From an uncultured Alphaproteobacteria bacterium (GTDB taxonomy: Bacteria; Pseudomonadota; Alphaproteobacteria; UBA7879; VGCX01), in the NCBI GenBank assembly GCA_913061155.1, contig CAJXSI010000003.1:1576-65575 (forward strand): a DNA stretch of 64,000 nt, read 5' to 3'. Below the pieces are notes generated by a model. It worked only from the letters and a program-made list of their open reading frames with translations. It did no database searches and was not told the origin of the DNA. Shown one piece after another: positions 48,193 to 58,654 of the stretch (positions are counted from its first letter, which is position 1; every line of letters starts with the position of its first letter). A program made the position numbers and the translations under genes.

Positions 48193-49431
48193 ATGATTTT
48201 TATATTCATTACCATTTTTCTTTTACTATGCTGTTCTGCCTTCTTTTCAGCATCAGAAACGGCGTTAACAGCCATTTCCAAAACGCAAATTCAGAACATG
48301 GTTCAAAAAAAACTACCCAAGGCTCTGGTTTTGAAAAAACTAAAAGACCAAATGGGCCGGGTAATTGGATCCATTTTGTTGGGAAATAACTTGGTTAATA
48401 TTCTTGCGACATCCCTTGCGACCAGTTTGTTTATCAACCTGTTTGAAGATTCAGGGGTGGGAATTGCCACAGTTGTTATGACGGTTTTGATTTTAATTTT
48501 TGCGGAGGTAATGCCCAAAATGTTGGCCATCCACAGCCCCCAGAAAGTGGCCCTTTTTGTTTCACAGATCATGACCAGAATTGTTAATCTTTTGAATCCC
48601 ATCACCCGCATTATTCGGTATTTATCAGAAAAATTTTGGCGGGTTTTTGGGGTAAATTTAAGTGCCAAAAATACTTGGGATTCGCCCCAAGAAGAACTAC
48701 GTGGGGCCATTGATGCCTTCAGCAGTTTAAAGCATGAAGATGAAAAAAGTATGTTGCATGGGGTCTTGGATTTATCATCCATTACGGTTGGGGAAATCAT
48801 GGTTCCAAGAAATGATATAGAAGCTATCTCGGCCAAAAAAAGCCTGAAAGAAATTAAAAAACAAATTTTAAAAAGCCCCTATAGCCGTCTACCTGTTTGG
48901 GAAGGAAAGCCTGAAAACATTACGGGTATTTTGCATATTAAAACTTTTATCAAAGCATACGAACAAGACCCGAATCTAAAGTTAAAAGAAATTTGTAGCG
49001 ACCCGTGGTTTGTCCCTGAATCAACACCACTTCCCCATCAAATGAAGAAATTTCGTCAGAAAAAACAACACCTTGCAATTGTTATTGATGAATACGGAAA
49101 TATTCAAGGGATTATTACTTTGGAAGATATTTTAGAAGAAATTGTGGGGGAAATCACAGATGAACATGACAAATCACCCGAAGAAATTCAAAAGGAAGCT
49201 GATGGATCTTATACCTTGGGCGGCATCACAACCATCCGCCAAGTGAACAAACATTTTTCAACTGACCTACCTGATACAGATTTCAGTACTATCGCGGGAT
49301 TAATTATGAATGAAAGCAGGGAAATCCCGAAAGAAGGTCAGATTTATAGATTTTATAATATGGAATTTAAGATAATTAAAAGACGTCAAAACCAGATAAA
49401 GATCATTAATATCAAATTATTGAAGCCATAA
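48193..49431 (+). CDS. tlyC: HlyC/CorC-family transporter (CNNM TM + CBS pair + CorC_HlyC; TlyC-like hemolysin)
   Basis: DUF21 TM domain, two CBS motifs, and a C-terminal transporter-associated domain. Confidence 0.8.
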   Translation: MIFIFITIFLLLCCSAFFSASETALTAISKTQIQNMVQKKLPKALVLKKLKDQMGRVIGSILLGNNLVNILATSLATSLFINLFEDSGVGIATVVMTVLILIFAEVMPKMLAIHSPQKVALFVSQIMTRIVNLLNPITRIIRYLSEKFWRVFGVNLSAKNTWDSPQEELRGAIDAFSSLKHEDEKSMLHGVLDLSSITVGEIMVPRNDIEAISAKKSLKEIKKQILKSPYSRLPVWEGKPENITGILHIKTFIKAYEQDPNLKLKEICSDPWFVPESTPLPHQMKKFRQKKQHLAIVIDEYGNIQGIITLEDILEEIVGEITDEHDKSPEEIQKEADGSYTLGGITTIRQVNKHFSTDLPDTDFSTIAGLIMNESREIPKEGQIYRFYNMEFKIIKRRQNQIKIINIKLLKP

Positions 49432-49443
49432 AGGGCCTGCTGC

Positions 49444-50169
49444 ATGATGTTAAAAAGACTGCTTAATTACATTATCCCGGCAACCTGCCCTGGGTGCCAT
49501 TTGCCGATAGAACAAGATCATAGTATCTGTCCCAAATGCTGGACATCCCTTGTTTTTATCACAGATCCTTTTTGCAACACCTGCGCGGAACCCTTGGAAA
49601 TTTCAACCTTGTCAGACGATGTTTATATTTGCGGATCTTGTTTGAAAACACCCCCCTTATTTTCCCAGTCACGATCTTTATTTAAATATTCAGGCCTGGC
49701 CCGACAGCTTATACTAAGCCTGAAACACGGAGGCGCCACGTTCTTATCCCCTACTTTGGGGAAAATGATGGCCCAACATCATCAAAATTATATTAAAGAA
49801 TGCGACATGATTGTCCCTGTCCCCCTTCACTGGAGCCGCCTTTTGAAAAGGGGCTATAACCAGGCTGCCTTATTAGCCAAAGATATTGCGCGCCGATCGG
49901 ATATGGATTTTTCACCAACCCTTTTGATTCGAAAAAAACGGACGCCTTCCCAGGGAAAATATGGTAAAGTTGGTCGGTTGAAAAATGTTAAATTTGCTTT
50001 TTCTGTTCCAATAAATTCAGTCCCTATTTTAACAAACAAAACAGTTTTGTTGGTTGATGATGTTGTGGCGTCAGGGGCAACACTGAACGAATGCACGAAA
50101 GTCCTTTTGACAGCTGGGGCCAAGAAAGTTAAAGTATTAGTTGTGGCAAAATCAACTTTGAAAATTTAG
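49444..50169 (+). CDS. comF: ComF-family protein (phosphoribosyltransferase domain)
   Basis: N-terminal CxxC...CxxC zinc ribbon and a PRTase motif VLLVDDVVASGATL. Confidence 0.7.
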   Translation: MMLKRLLNYIIPATCPGCHLPIEQDHSICPKCWTSLVFITDPFCNTCAEPLEISTLSDDVYICGSCLKTPPLFSQSRSLFKYSGLARQLILSLKHGGATFLSPTLGKMMAQHHQNYIKECDMIVPVPLHWSRLLKRGYNQAALLAKDIARRSDMDFSPTLLIRKKRTPSQGKYGKVGRLKNVKFAFSVPINSVPILTNKTVLLVDDVVASGATLNECTKVLLTAGAKKVKVLVVAKSTLKI

Positions 50170-50179
50170 TGAGGATAAA

Positions 50180-50443
50180 ATGAAACAGCCAGAAATTATT
50201 ATCTATTCCAAAGATTATTGCCCTTATTGCATGCGGGCAAAAATGTTGCTGGAATCACGGAAGCTGACGTATACAGAAATCGATATTACGACGGATACTA
50301 CCTTACAAGAAGAAATGATTAAAAAAGCCAACGGTCAAAAAACTGTTCCCCAGATTTTTATTGGAAAAAGCCATGTTGGGGGCTTTGATGACCTAAAGGA
50401 AATGCATGATTCAGGGAAATTGGATAAGATCTTAAAGTCATAA
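50180..50443 (+). CDS. grxC: glutaredoxin 3
   Basis: CPYC active site, TVPQIFI, and the GGFDDL motif. Length 87 aa. Confidence 0.85.
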   Translation: MKQPEIIIYSKDYCPYCMRAKMLLESRKLTYTEIDITTDTTLQEEMIKKANGQKTVPQIFIGKSHVGGFDDLKEMHDSGKLDKILKS

Positions 50444-50447
50444 AAAC

Positions 50448-50840
50448 ATGAAAATTGCCTTAATAATATTTGCCACTTTTTTTATTTTTGCTTTGGGATA
50501 TTTTGTTGGGGGATCCAAGGAATCTTATGGTTCTTGCAAGGAAAAGAATACTTTTATCTCCAGTCTTTTTAGCCGAAAATCAGACCAGGACTTAAAGGTT
50601 TACACCACCGCAACCTGTCCTTACTGTACAAGTGCCAAAAGTTTACTTTCAAATCATAACATTGATTATTCAGAAATTGATATTTCCGACGATCACCAGC
50701 TGAAAGCTGAAATGATTGAAAAATCTAAAGGCCGCAGAACGGTTCCACAAGTATTCGTTGGGGATATCCATATTGGTGGATTCGATGACTTACAAACCAT
50801 TGTTGAAACGTTTAAACCCTGCACAACCGAAAATAACTAA
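50448..50840 (+). CDS. membrane-anchored glutaredoxin paralog
   Basis: N-terminal hydrophobic anchor MKIALIIFATFFIFALGYFVG followed by a full Grx domain (CPYC, TVPQVFVG, GGFDDL). Confidence 0.6.
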   Translation: MKIALIIFATFFIFALGYFVGGSKESYGSCKEKNTFISSLFSRKSDQDLKVYTTATCPYCTSAKSLLSNHNIDYSEIDISDDHQLKAEMIEKSKGRRTVPQVFVGDIHIGGFDDLQTIVETFKPCTTENN

Positions 50841-50903
50841 AGGGGCCGTTATATGCCAAGATTAAATACTTTCCATGAAACTTATATATGCTATGTTTAA
50901 ATC

Positions 50904-51398
50904 ATGAAAATATTAACCTTACTTATTATATCGCTTGCAACTTTTATTTTGGGGTATTCAGTCGCTGAATATACTGAAACACCTGCGCGGACTTATATTA
51001 TTGAATCTGATCAAGGGGAAATTTTTAATCAAAAGTCTGGGCTGGAAATCTTGATTAAAAACACAAGTGGGGCCATTCAGTATATATCGAATGAAAAACC
51101 ATCTGAAAATGTTAAATCTGTTCCTGTGAATGCCTTCCTTGACCAAGTGGATAATGTAAATATTATTCAGAAAAAACAAAATGTTGTGAAAGTTATATTT
51201 CAAAATAACAAAGGGGAAATCATTTGTTTTTACGCCCTGCCCACGACAATAAAATTTGATAAAGAAAAGAGCTTATTATCAATAAAGGCTGAAAAATATA
51301 TTAATATAAAAGGGTCAAACGGATCTAAATCAGAGGGTTCATCAAACCTAAAACGGGGAAACAAAACCAATAATATAACCGTTGTCTTCCCTTACTAA
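50904..51398 (+). CDS. hypothetical membrane-anchored/exported protein
   Basis: N-terminal anchor MKILTLLIISLATFILGYSVA resembling the anchor of the preceding Grx paralog. The remainder is uncharacterised. Confidence 0.4.
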   Translation: MKILTLLIISLATFILGYSVAEYTETPARTYIIESDQGEIFNQKSGLEILIKNTSGAIQYISNEKPSENVKSVPVNAFLDQVDNVNIIQKKQNVVKVIFQNNKGEIICFYALPTTIKFDKEKSLLSIKAEKYINIKGSNGSKSEGSSNLKRGNKTNNITVVFPY

Positions 51399-52324
51399 AG
51401 TTTTAAGACTTCGCCTATTTTTGCGGTGACATCCTTGACTTGTAAATTTTTCATTATGTTTTCCCCAGATTTTGATTTTGCCATCGCTTGATCATAAGAT
51501 TCAGGCGTTCGGATATAAAGGGCTTTGCCCCCCCATGGACCATAAATATTTTCCGGGGATGGTCCGAATAAACCCAAGGTCCTTACCCCTGATGCAGCCG
51601 CCAAATGCATTAAACCTGAATCATTTCCAATGAATATTTTGGACAATTGAAAGCATGCCGCAACCGTTGGTAGGTTGATATTGCCCACCAAATTTAAGGC
51701 GTCGGGCAATTGATCGAATAAGGGTTGCAGGTCTTTTTTCTGATTCGGGGCACCAAACACCGCGATTTTATGCCCTTCCAAAGCCCCCCCTTTTTTGGTT
51801 AAGTCATTACATAAATCAACGAAATAATCCAATGGCCAACATTTTTTATCCCAGTTTGCAGCAGGGGAAATACTGATAATTTTTGACTTTCCAAATATTT
51901 TTTTGGCGGTTGTCAAATCTTGGTCACTAACCCAAATCTTATTTTTGGGCGTTTCTTTTAGGCCCAACCATCGGGCAAACTGGTGAACTTTCAGGTCTTG
52001 ATCTGCATTTGACCGCCATATGTATTTTTTTCCCGTCCATAAAAAATAACTGATCCCCGTTCCCCGTACATCAATTATGGTATCCCATCTATAAAACAGA
52101 CATTTAAACCACAAAATAAACCAGTGCAGGGAAAACTTTTTCTTTACCAACGGAATAACTTTTTCAACTTGGGGCATGTTGTCAAATAAAGGTGCGGGAA
52201 CACTTCCTGCAACAACTGTAATCCTTGCTTTAGGATTGTTTTGAATCGTTTGATCCAAGATGCCACTTGATATTATGGCGTCACCAAGATAAGTTGATGT
52301 AATAAATAATACTTTCATAGCCAT
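51395..52324 (-). CDS. glycosyltransferase family 9 (ADP-heptose:LPS heptosyltransferase-like)
   Basis: N-terminus MKVLFITSTYLGDAI and the C-terminal GNDSGLMHLAAASG motif. The start is trimmed to MAMKV. Confidence 0.7.
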   Translation of the reverse strand: MAMKVLFITSTYLGDAIISSGILDQTIQNNPKARITVVAGSVPAPLFDNMPQVEKVIPLVKKKFSLHWFILWFKCLFYRWDTIIDVRGTGISYFLWTGKKYIWRSNADQDLKVHQFARWLGLKETPKNKIWVSDQDLTTAKKIFGKSKIISISPAANWDKKCWPLDYFVDLCNDLTKKGGALEGHKIAVFGAPNQKKDLQPLFDQLPDALNLVGNINLPTVAACFQLSKIFIGNDSGLMHLAAASGVRTLGLFGPSPENIYGPWGGKALYIRTPESYDQAMAKSKSGENIMKNLQVKDVTAKIGEVLKL

Positions 52325-52352
52325 ATATTGTTTAGAAATAAAGAAAACGTCA

Positions 52353-53156
52353 ATGATTATAAGATTAAAAAACAGAACAATTATTAAAATAGACGGCAAA
52401 GACCGGTTTAATTTCCTTCAAGGCCTTATCACAAATAATGTAAATAAGGTTAAGGCAGGGGCGCTTTATACTGCTTTTTTATCCCCGCAAGGCAAGTTCC
52501 TGTTTGACTTTTTTATGGTTGAAAAAAATGATTCTATTTACATTACGCCAGAGGTCTTGACGTGTGATGACCTGTTTAAAAAACTTAAAATTTATAAATT
52601 ACGTTCGGATGTGATCCTTACCCTTTTGGATGACTGGGCTGTCTATGCCGATATGACAGCCGATAAAATGGCAGACCTGCCGTCAGATACGGAAATTGTC
52701 TTCACAGACCCCCGTAACAAAGCAATGGGGCGCCTTATTTTAACGAAAGATACCATAGATAGTTCCGGGCTGATGGATAATTATGACAAACAACGTATCG
52801 ACTTGGGTATACCGGATGGATCAAGGGATATGCCAATTGACAAAGCCATTATTTTAGAAAATGGCTTGGACGAACTGCAGGCCATTGACTGGGAAAAAGG
52901 GTGTTATCTTGGACAAGAATTAATGGCGCGCACAAAACATCGTGGGATGGTTCGCAAGAAATTAATGACGGTTAAACTGGATGGTGTCGCCCCTGAAAAT
53001 GGGGAGGTTTTATTTGTTGGTGACAAAAAAATTGGCACAATGCGAACATCTTGTGGAGCGGCAGGGTTGGCCCTTTTACGCATAGAAATGGCAGAAAAAG
53101 TCATGGAAGACGCAGGGGAAATTAAATCTGAATCTGGAAAGATTATCTTTCTATAA
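52353..53156 (+). CDS. ygfZ: YgfZ/CAF17-family folate-binding Fe-S cluster assembly/repair protein
   Basis: GcvT-like fold length and the signature KGCYLGQE. Confidence 0.65.
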   Translation: MIIRLKNRTIIKIDGKDRFNFLQGLITNNVNKVKAGALYTAFLSPQGKFLFDFFMVEKNDSIYITPEVLTCDDLFKKLKIYKLRSDVILTLLDDWAVYADMTADKMADLPSDTEIVFTDPRNKAMGRLILTKDTIDSSGLMDNYDKQRIDLGIPDGSRDMPIDKAIILENGLDELQAIDWEKGCYLGQELMARTKHRGMVRKKLMTVKLDGVAPENGEVLFVGDKKIGTMRTSCGAAGLALLRIEMAEKVMEDAGEIKSESGKIIFL

Positions 53157-53249
53157 CAGAGATAATGAATGATGGCACAAGGCATCAACGGCGACGCCTA
53201 CGTAGGTAAGTTAGAAGTGCAATAACACGTTAAGTATTTTTGCGATAAC

Positions 53250-53852
53250 CTATTGATTTTCCAGTAATTTTAACGTGTATCCATTCTCTTTTGTCATAAG
53301 AAAATCTTTGACATCATGACTTTCCAATTTTTTCCGCAGACGGTAAATGTGGGTTTCCAATGTATGGGTTGTTATGTCCGGATGGTATTGCCATATGCTG
53401 GCAAGCAGGTCATCTTTACTAACCACTTCGCCGGCTTTGTTTCTTAAAAATAAAATTATTTCGATTTCTTTTTCCGTCAATAGAATTTTTTCATCTGTCT
53501 TGATACAGACCATTTGTCTGGTTTTTGGGTATATTCTAAAGGGACCCAAAATAACAACAACAATCACAAGGTTTTTTATAAATTCCTTTAGGCTTGACAT
53601 TTTCAAGGGCTTTTCAAGCACCTTAACAAAAGAAGGAATATCCATTTGCCCGCGCGTATGATTCACCAAAAGAATGATTGATGCTTTGGGATGTTTTTTG
53701 TGCAAGTCCCTTATTTTTGAATGAAAAGGTGTGTCAACAATGATGGCGCTGACGCCATCAGTTGCCTCAGCCACACAGTGATAGTCACGTGATAAATAGT
53801 CATTGATCGCATTAAAAATTATATCTTCGGCAATGACCTTTATAACCTTCAT
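53250..53852 (-). CDS. OmpR/PhoB-type winged-helix regulator with a divergent receiver domain
   Basis: C-terminal trans_reg_C (LTEKEIEIILFL...HIYRLRKKL). The N-terminal receiver is divergent (IAED, IIVDTP, LEKPL). Confidence 0.55.
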   Translation of the reverse strand: MKVIKVIAEDIIFNAINDYLSRDYHCVAEATDGVSAIIVDTPFHSKIRDLHKKHPKASIILLVNHTRGQMDIPSFVKVLEKPLKMSSLKEFIKNLVIVVVILGPFRIYPKTRQMVCIKTDEKILLTEKEIEIILFLRNKAGEVVSKDDLLASIWQYHPDITTHTLETHIYRLRKKLESHDVKDFLMTKENGYTLKLLENQ

Positions 53853-55147
53853 TTTCCTGTTTGACCCTTTTGTCTTTTTTCAAAAAAGTCTAAGGCCTTT
53901 AACACATCATGGGCGCGCATCAATTGATAGTCTTCATTCAGATCATTGGATAATTTGTATTGATCCCTTTTGTTGGATGTGGCCTTAAAGGCCCTATATG
54001 AATTACGTTCTGTGTTTCTTTTTTCATCATCTGTTTTAATGGTGGCCTTTTTAACATAAATATCTGGAATAATGCCATCGGCCTGAATGGATCGCCCATT
54101 CGGGGTAAGGTATAATCCCGTCGTCAAACGCACAGCTGTATATCCAGGTGAAAGGGGCAAAACAAACTGAACTGTCCCTTTGCCAAAACTTGGACTGCCC
54201 AATAAAATTGCCCGGCCATTATCTTGCAAAGCCCCTGCAACAATTTCTGCAGAAGATGCTGTCCCCTCGTCAATTAATAAAACAACAGGGGTGTTATTAC
54301 AAATGTCACCAGGTGTTGCTTTGTGGGTAATGCTGTCTTCTTTTTTTCGGGATTTAACCGTTACAATATCCCCCTTATCCAAAAATAAGTCTGAAATTTC
54401 AATGGCTTGCTCCAATAATCCCCCTGGATTATTTCTAAGGTCAATGATTAATCCAGACAGCTTTTCTTTGGATTTCTTCTTTAAATTTTTAAGCGCCTCA
54501 GACACCTGCGTCTTAACTTTTTCCCCCCAAAAATTTGAAATACGGATATACCCTACATTCCCTTGTAATTCATAAGACACATCTTTGACTTGAATTTTTT
54601 CCCGTTTTAACGTCACGGTAAGGGGGTCAGCATCCACCCTTTCTATTTTTACTTCAACAGGTTCTTTGGCTTGTCCCCGCAACATTTCTGCCAAATCCAC
54701 CATCGATAATCCTTGGGTCGAAATTTGATTAATGGCAACAATAACATCCCCACTTTTTAGGCCAGCTTTATTTGCTGGGCTACCGTCAATTGTGGCAATA
54801 ATTGTGGGCATGCCATTCTTTAAAGTAAATTCAATACCAACGCCCCCAAATTCGCTTTTAATATCTGTCAGTAATTCTTGGTAATGATCTTGACTGATGT
54901 ACCCAGAATGGGGATCCAAAGAACTAAGCATTCCCTCTATTGCCGCCTCTATTAACTTTTTATCAGACACTGGGTTTACATAGTCATTTCGGGCATATCT
55001 AAAGGCTTCACTAAACATATTCAGCAAATGATAGGTTTCATTAGACGTACCATTTTTATCATCTATCTTGCCATCTGCTGTGGCAAAATTTGGCATACAT
55101 AAAATGCCTAATGCGATTAATCCAATTTTGATCATTTTACCAACCAC
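53849..55147 (-). CDS. ctpA: carboxy-terminal processing protease (S41)
   Basis: PDZ domain and S41 motifs (GLIIDLRNNPGG, catalytic S/K region). Confidence 0.85.
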   Translation of the reverse strand: MVGKMIKIGLIALGILCMPNFATADGKIDDKNGTSNETYHLLNMFSEAFRYARNDYVNPVSDKKLIEAAIEGMLSSLDPHSGYISQDHYQELLTDIKSEFGGVGIEFTLKNGMPTIIATIDGSPANKAGLKSGDVIVAINQISTQGLSMVDLAEMLRGQAKEPVEVKIERVDADPLTVTLKREKIQVKDVSYELQGNVGYIRISNFWGEKVKTQVSEALKNLKKKSKEKLSGLIIDLRNNPGGLLEQAIEISDLFLDKGDIVTVKSRKKEDSITHKATPGDICNNTPVVLLIDEGTASSAEIVAGALQDNGRAILLGSPSFGKGTVQFVLPLSPGYTAVRLTTGLYLTPNGRSIQADGIIPDIYVKKATIKTDDEKRNTERNSYRAFKATSNKRDQYKLSNDLNEDYQLMRAHDVLKALDFFEKRQKGQTGK

Positions 55148-56169
55148 CTTTCTGGATTTATTGGTTTTCCATTTTTTCTTAATTCTAAATATAAATACTC
55201 TGTAGACTTAGGTCCCATAATACCCATCGGCTCGCCTGCTAAAACAGTTTGACCAACTGATACATTTACTTGTGCCATCCCTGTTAAAAGGGTGTGATAT
55301 TCATTATCATGGGCAATAATTATGATCTGTTTATACCCTCTGAAATCACCTGCATAAACAACCTGTCCATGCACGGGGGAAGACACATAACTATTTTGTC
55401 GCGTTTGGTAAACAAGGCCGCTGCCCTCTGCATCCATTTCTTTGTGTTTTTGGCCAAAATTTGAAACAATGGGCCCTGAAATAGGTTCGGCCTGGTACTT
55501 GCCATAATTATTAAGCCTTCGCGAATCTAAAAACTTGTGGCCCCGCTTTGTTTTCGATGGGGTTTCTTTTTCTTCCTTTTCTAACTTGCGAATTAAATCA
55601 TGTAAACTCATGGACTGGGATGCCAATCGACTGACCCTTTTTTCAATACCAGAGCGCCTTTTGACCTCTTTACGAATGGCGGCCTTACGCTTTTTCAGGG
55701 CTTGTTCTATTTCTAAATATTTTTTATTGTATGTTTTTAAATCTTTTAAAAGTCTTTCTTTGTTATTTTCAATGTCCCCTTCAACTTGTGCCAGTTTTTT
55801 TACTTCTGATTTAAGGTACTTTGCTGTGGTCGACATATTATTCAAAAACCGATTCAACACCATTAAAGAATGAACCAACTTTTGGGGGGACATCTTAGGG
55901 TTAAAAATCGCTGTTGGTTGTGCCGCCTTTAGGCGCTGTAAAATAATAATGTATTTATCAATTTGCTTTTGGGATTTTTTCAAAGCTTCCGTTTTTTGAA
56001 AACGGGCCGCTTCAAGATCCCTTAATTTTCCTTCTTCTTGGTTAACTTTTTCTTGGTGCCTCTGGCATTGCTTTGCCATATCAGCCAGCTGCCTCTGAAG
56101 TTTTTGTGTATCTGATGCCAGGACAGAATTGGCACAAATTAAGATGATCAATAAATAAAGAATTTTCAT
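55132..56169 (-). CDS. envC: murein hydrolase activator EnvC-like (coiled coil + M23/LytM domain)
   Basis: Signal peptide, a long coiled-coil region, and a C-terminal M23 motif (HGQVVYAGDFRGYKQIIIIAHDNEYHTL). Confidence 0.7.
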   Translation of the reverse strand: MKILYLLIILICANSVLASDTQKLQRQLADMAKQCQRHQEKVNQEEGKLRDLEAARFQKTEALKKSQKQIDKYIIILQRLKAAQPTAIFNPKMSPQKLVHSLMVLNRFLNNMSTTAKYLKSEVKKLAQVEGDIENNKERLLKDLKTYNKKYLEIEQALKKRKAAIRKEVKRRSGIEKRVSRLASQSMSLHDLIRKLEKEEKETPSKTKRGHKFLDSRRLNNYGKYQAEPISGPIVSNFGQKHKEMDAEGSGLVYQTRQNSYVSSPVHGQVVYAGDFRGYKQIIIIAHDNEYHTLLTGMAQVNVSVGQTVLAGEPMGIMGPKSTEYLYLELRKNGKPINPERWLVK

Positions 56170-56171
56170 GG

Positions 56172-57692
56172 CTATATTATCAGCGATTTTCCTGTCATTT
56201 CAATGGGTTTTTCAATCTTAAGCAAAGTCAAAACTGTGGGGGCAATATCCGTCAGCGCCCCAGAGTTTTGTAATTTTTCAACTTTTTCTGATAGGATCAT
56301 AAAAGGAACAAAGTTTGTTGTATGGGCTGTATGGGGCTGGTCAGTATCAAGCCCCCGCAACTGTTCAATATTACCATGATCAGCTGTTATAATAAAATTT
56401 CCATCTTGTTTTAATGTACTGTTTACCAGATCGCCCAAACATTTATCAACCACTTCAACAGCCTTGATACTGGCCTCTAGATTACCTGTGTGGCCAACCA
56501 TATCTGGATTTGCATAGTTCACAATAATCAAATCAAACTTTCCAGATTCAATCGCATCTTTCACAGCTTTGGTTAATTCTGGGGCGGACATTTCTGGCTT
56601 AAGGTCATAAGTTTTGACCTTCGGAGATGGAATCAAAATACGTTCTTCGCCTTTATATTTTGTTTCATAGCCCCCGTTTAAAAAGAAAGTAACATGCGCA
56701 TATTTTTCCGTTTCAGCCGCCCTTAATTGGGTTTTCCCTGCTGCAGAAACAATATCCCCCAAGGTATTTTTTGGGGATTCAAAAGGGAATAACGGTGTAA
56801 TATAGGAAATCAATTCATTTGAATAATCTTTCATTCCCAAAGTTGCCGCCCATTTAATTTCACGCTGGCGTTGAAACCCATCAAAGTCTGGCATAAAAAA
56901 TGATGAAAGTATTTCACGGACCCTATCTGCCCGAAAGTTCATAAGTAACAGAGCATCGCCGTCTTTCACACCCGTATAATTTTCAGACGCCCCTGGCACA
57001 ATAAATTCATCAGAAACATCGTGTTCATAGGATTCTTTGATATAGGAAAGGGGATCATTAAATTTAGGGGCGTCCGCATTTACTATTGCCTTATAAGCCT
57101 GTTCAACACGGTCCCAGCGCTTGTCACGATCCATTGCATAAAACCGGCCAGAAATGGTGCTTATTTCACACGTCCCCCCAACTTCGTTTATCAGATACTG
57201 AATATACTTTTCTGCACTTTGGGGGGGCGTATCCCGGCCATCGGTGAATAAATGTAAATGAACTTTGATCCCTGCCTCTGTAAGAAGTTTTACAAACGCG
57301 ACATAATGATCTTGGTGGGCATGAATCCCCCCGGGGGAAAACAATCCCATCACATGACACACATTATTGGCCGCTTTTGTTTGATCTATAAACTTTTGCC
57401 ACTGTTCTTTTTCAGGAATTTGGTTTTCTTGGACGGCTTGATTGATCAAGGGAAGGTCTTGCAAAATACATCGCCCTGCCCCAATGGCCATATGGCCCAC
57501 TTCAGAATTTCCCATCTGTCCTTTGGGCAGCCCCACAGCCGTGCCTGAGGCATCCAATTTTGCCATAGGATAAGTCGCTTGCCATTGATCCCAATTCGGT
57601 GTGGTTGCTGCCGCAATCGCGTTGGACTTGGTTTCGTCACTTAAACCCCACCCATCAAGAATACAAAGTACTGTTGGTTTTTTATGTGTCAT
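56172..57692 (-). CDS. gpmI: 2,3-bisphosphoglycerate-independent phosphoglycerate mutase
   Basis: N-terminus LCILDGWG, the catalytic Ser region, and metal-binding motifs. Confidence 0.9.
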   Translation of the reverse strand: MTHKKPTVLCILDGWGLSDETKSNAIAAATTPNWDQWQATYPMAKLDASGTAVGLPKGQMGNSEVGHMAIGAGRCILQDLPLINQAVQENQIPEKEQWQKFIDQTKAANNVCHVMGLFSPGGIHAHQDHYVAFVKLLTEAGIKVHLHLFTDGRDTPPQSAEKYIQYLINEVGGTCEISTISGRFYAMDRDKRWDRVEQAYKAIVNADAPKFNDPLSYIKESYEHDVSDEFIVPGASENYTGVKDGDALLLMNFRADRVREILSSFFMPDFDGFQRQREIKWAATLGMKDYSNELISYITPLFPFESPKNTLGDIVSAAGKTQLRAAETEKYAHVTFFLNGGYETKYKGEERILIPSPKVKTYDLKPEMSAPELTKAVKDAIESGKFDLIIVNYANPDMVGHTGNLEASIKAVEVVDKCLGDLVNSTLKQDGNFIITADHGNIEQLRGLDTDQPHTAHTTNFVPFMILSEKVEKLQNSGALTDIAPTVLTLLKIEKPIEMTGKSLII

Positions 57693-57777
57693 AGTTATAT
57701 ATCATACCGAATACAGGCCTAAAGCCCAAGAAAAACTTATGTGTTCATCTGTTTTTGTTGCTGATTATATACGCTGA

Positions 57778-58653
57778 TTATTGAATGATTTCATGGAATG
57801 ATAGGCCCTGCTGCAGGCAAACGGCTTTGACAACATTCACCATTAAATACGTAATGGTCATGGGGCCAACGCCGCCTGGCACAGGTGTAATGGCCCCTGT
57901 AACTTGGGATACTTCATCAAAATCAACGTCCCCACTTAAACGTTCTTCTTGATCTCGGGTAATACCAACATCAATAATGCAAGCCCCTGGTTTTATCCAG
58001 TTTTTCTTGATTATTTTTGCCTGACCTGTGGCACAAATTAAAATATCTGCCTGACGACAAATTTCTGGTAAATTCTTTGTATAACGATGGGCTTGGATAA
58101 CTGTGGCATTATGATTCAATAACAAGGCTGCCATGGGTTTTCCCACAAGATTTGACCGACCGATAACCACCGCCAGTTTGCCTTCCAAGTTTTCCCGCCA
58201 GCAATTGATCAAGTGTAAACACCCTTGGGGTGTACACGGATAAAGACCTTGTTCTTGATTGATAACATGAACCATATTTTCAGGATGTAAGCCATCCACA
58301 TCTTTTTCTGGGGAAATGGTCCTTAATACTTTAGATCGATCAATCTGGTTGGGAACGGGTAACTGCAATAAAATACCATTTATCTTTTGCAGGCTATTTA
58401 ATTTTTCAATTAAATCAATGACTTCTGATTCTTTTGTATCGTCTGGTAAGCGATACAATTCCGTATGAATCCCAATTTCAGCCGCAATACGCTGCTTGTT
58501 TTTCACGTATATTCTGCTTGGTTCGCTATCCCCCACCAATATAATGGCCAGCCCAGGGGTAATATCGTGCATATCTTTCAGCTTATGAATAGACTGTTTT
58601 AAGCTGAATAGTTTCTTTTGTTGTTCTATTTTCCCATTAAGAATTTGTGTCAT
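57778..58653 (-). CDS. folD: bifunctional methylenetetrahydrofolate dehydrogenase/cyclohydrolase
   Basis: FolD motifs (PGLAIILVGD, GRSNLVGKP). Confidence 0.9.
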   Translation of the reverse strand: MTQILNGKIEQQKKLFSLKQSIHKLKDMHDITPGLAIILVGDSEPSRIYVKNKQRIAAEIGIHTELYRLPDDTKESEVIDLIEKLNSLQKINGILLQLPVPNQIDRSKVLRTISPEKDVDGLHPENMVHVINQEQGLYPCTPQGCLHLINCWRENLEGKLAVVIGRSNLVGKPMAALLLNHNATVIQAHRYTKNLPEICRQADILICATGQAKIIKKNWIKPGACIIDVGITRDQEERLSGDVDFDEVSQVTGAITPVPGGVGPMTITYLMVNVVKAVCLQQGLSFHEIIQ

Positions 58654-58654
58654 A

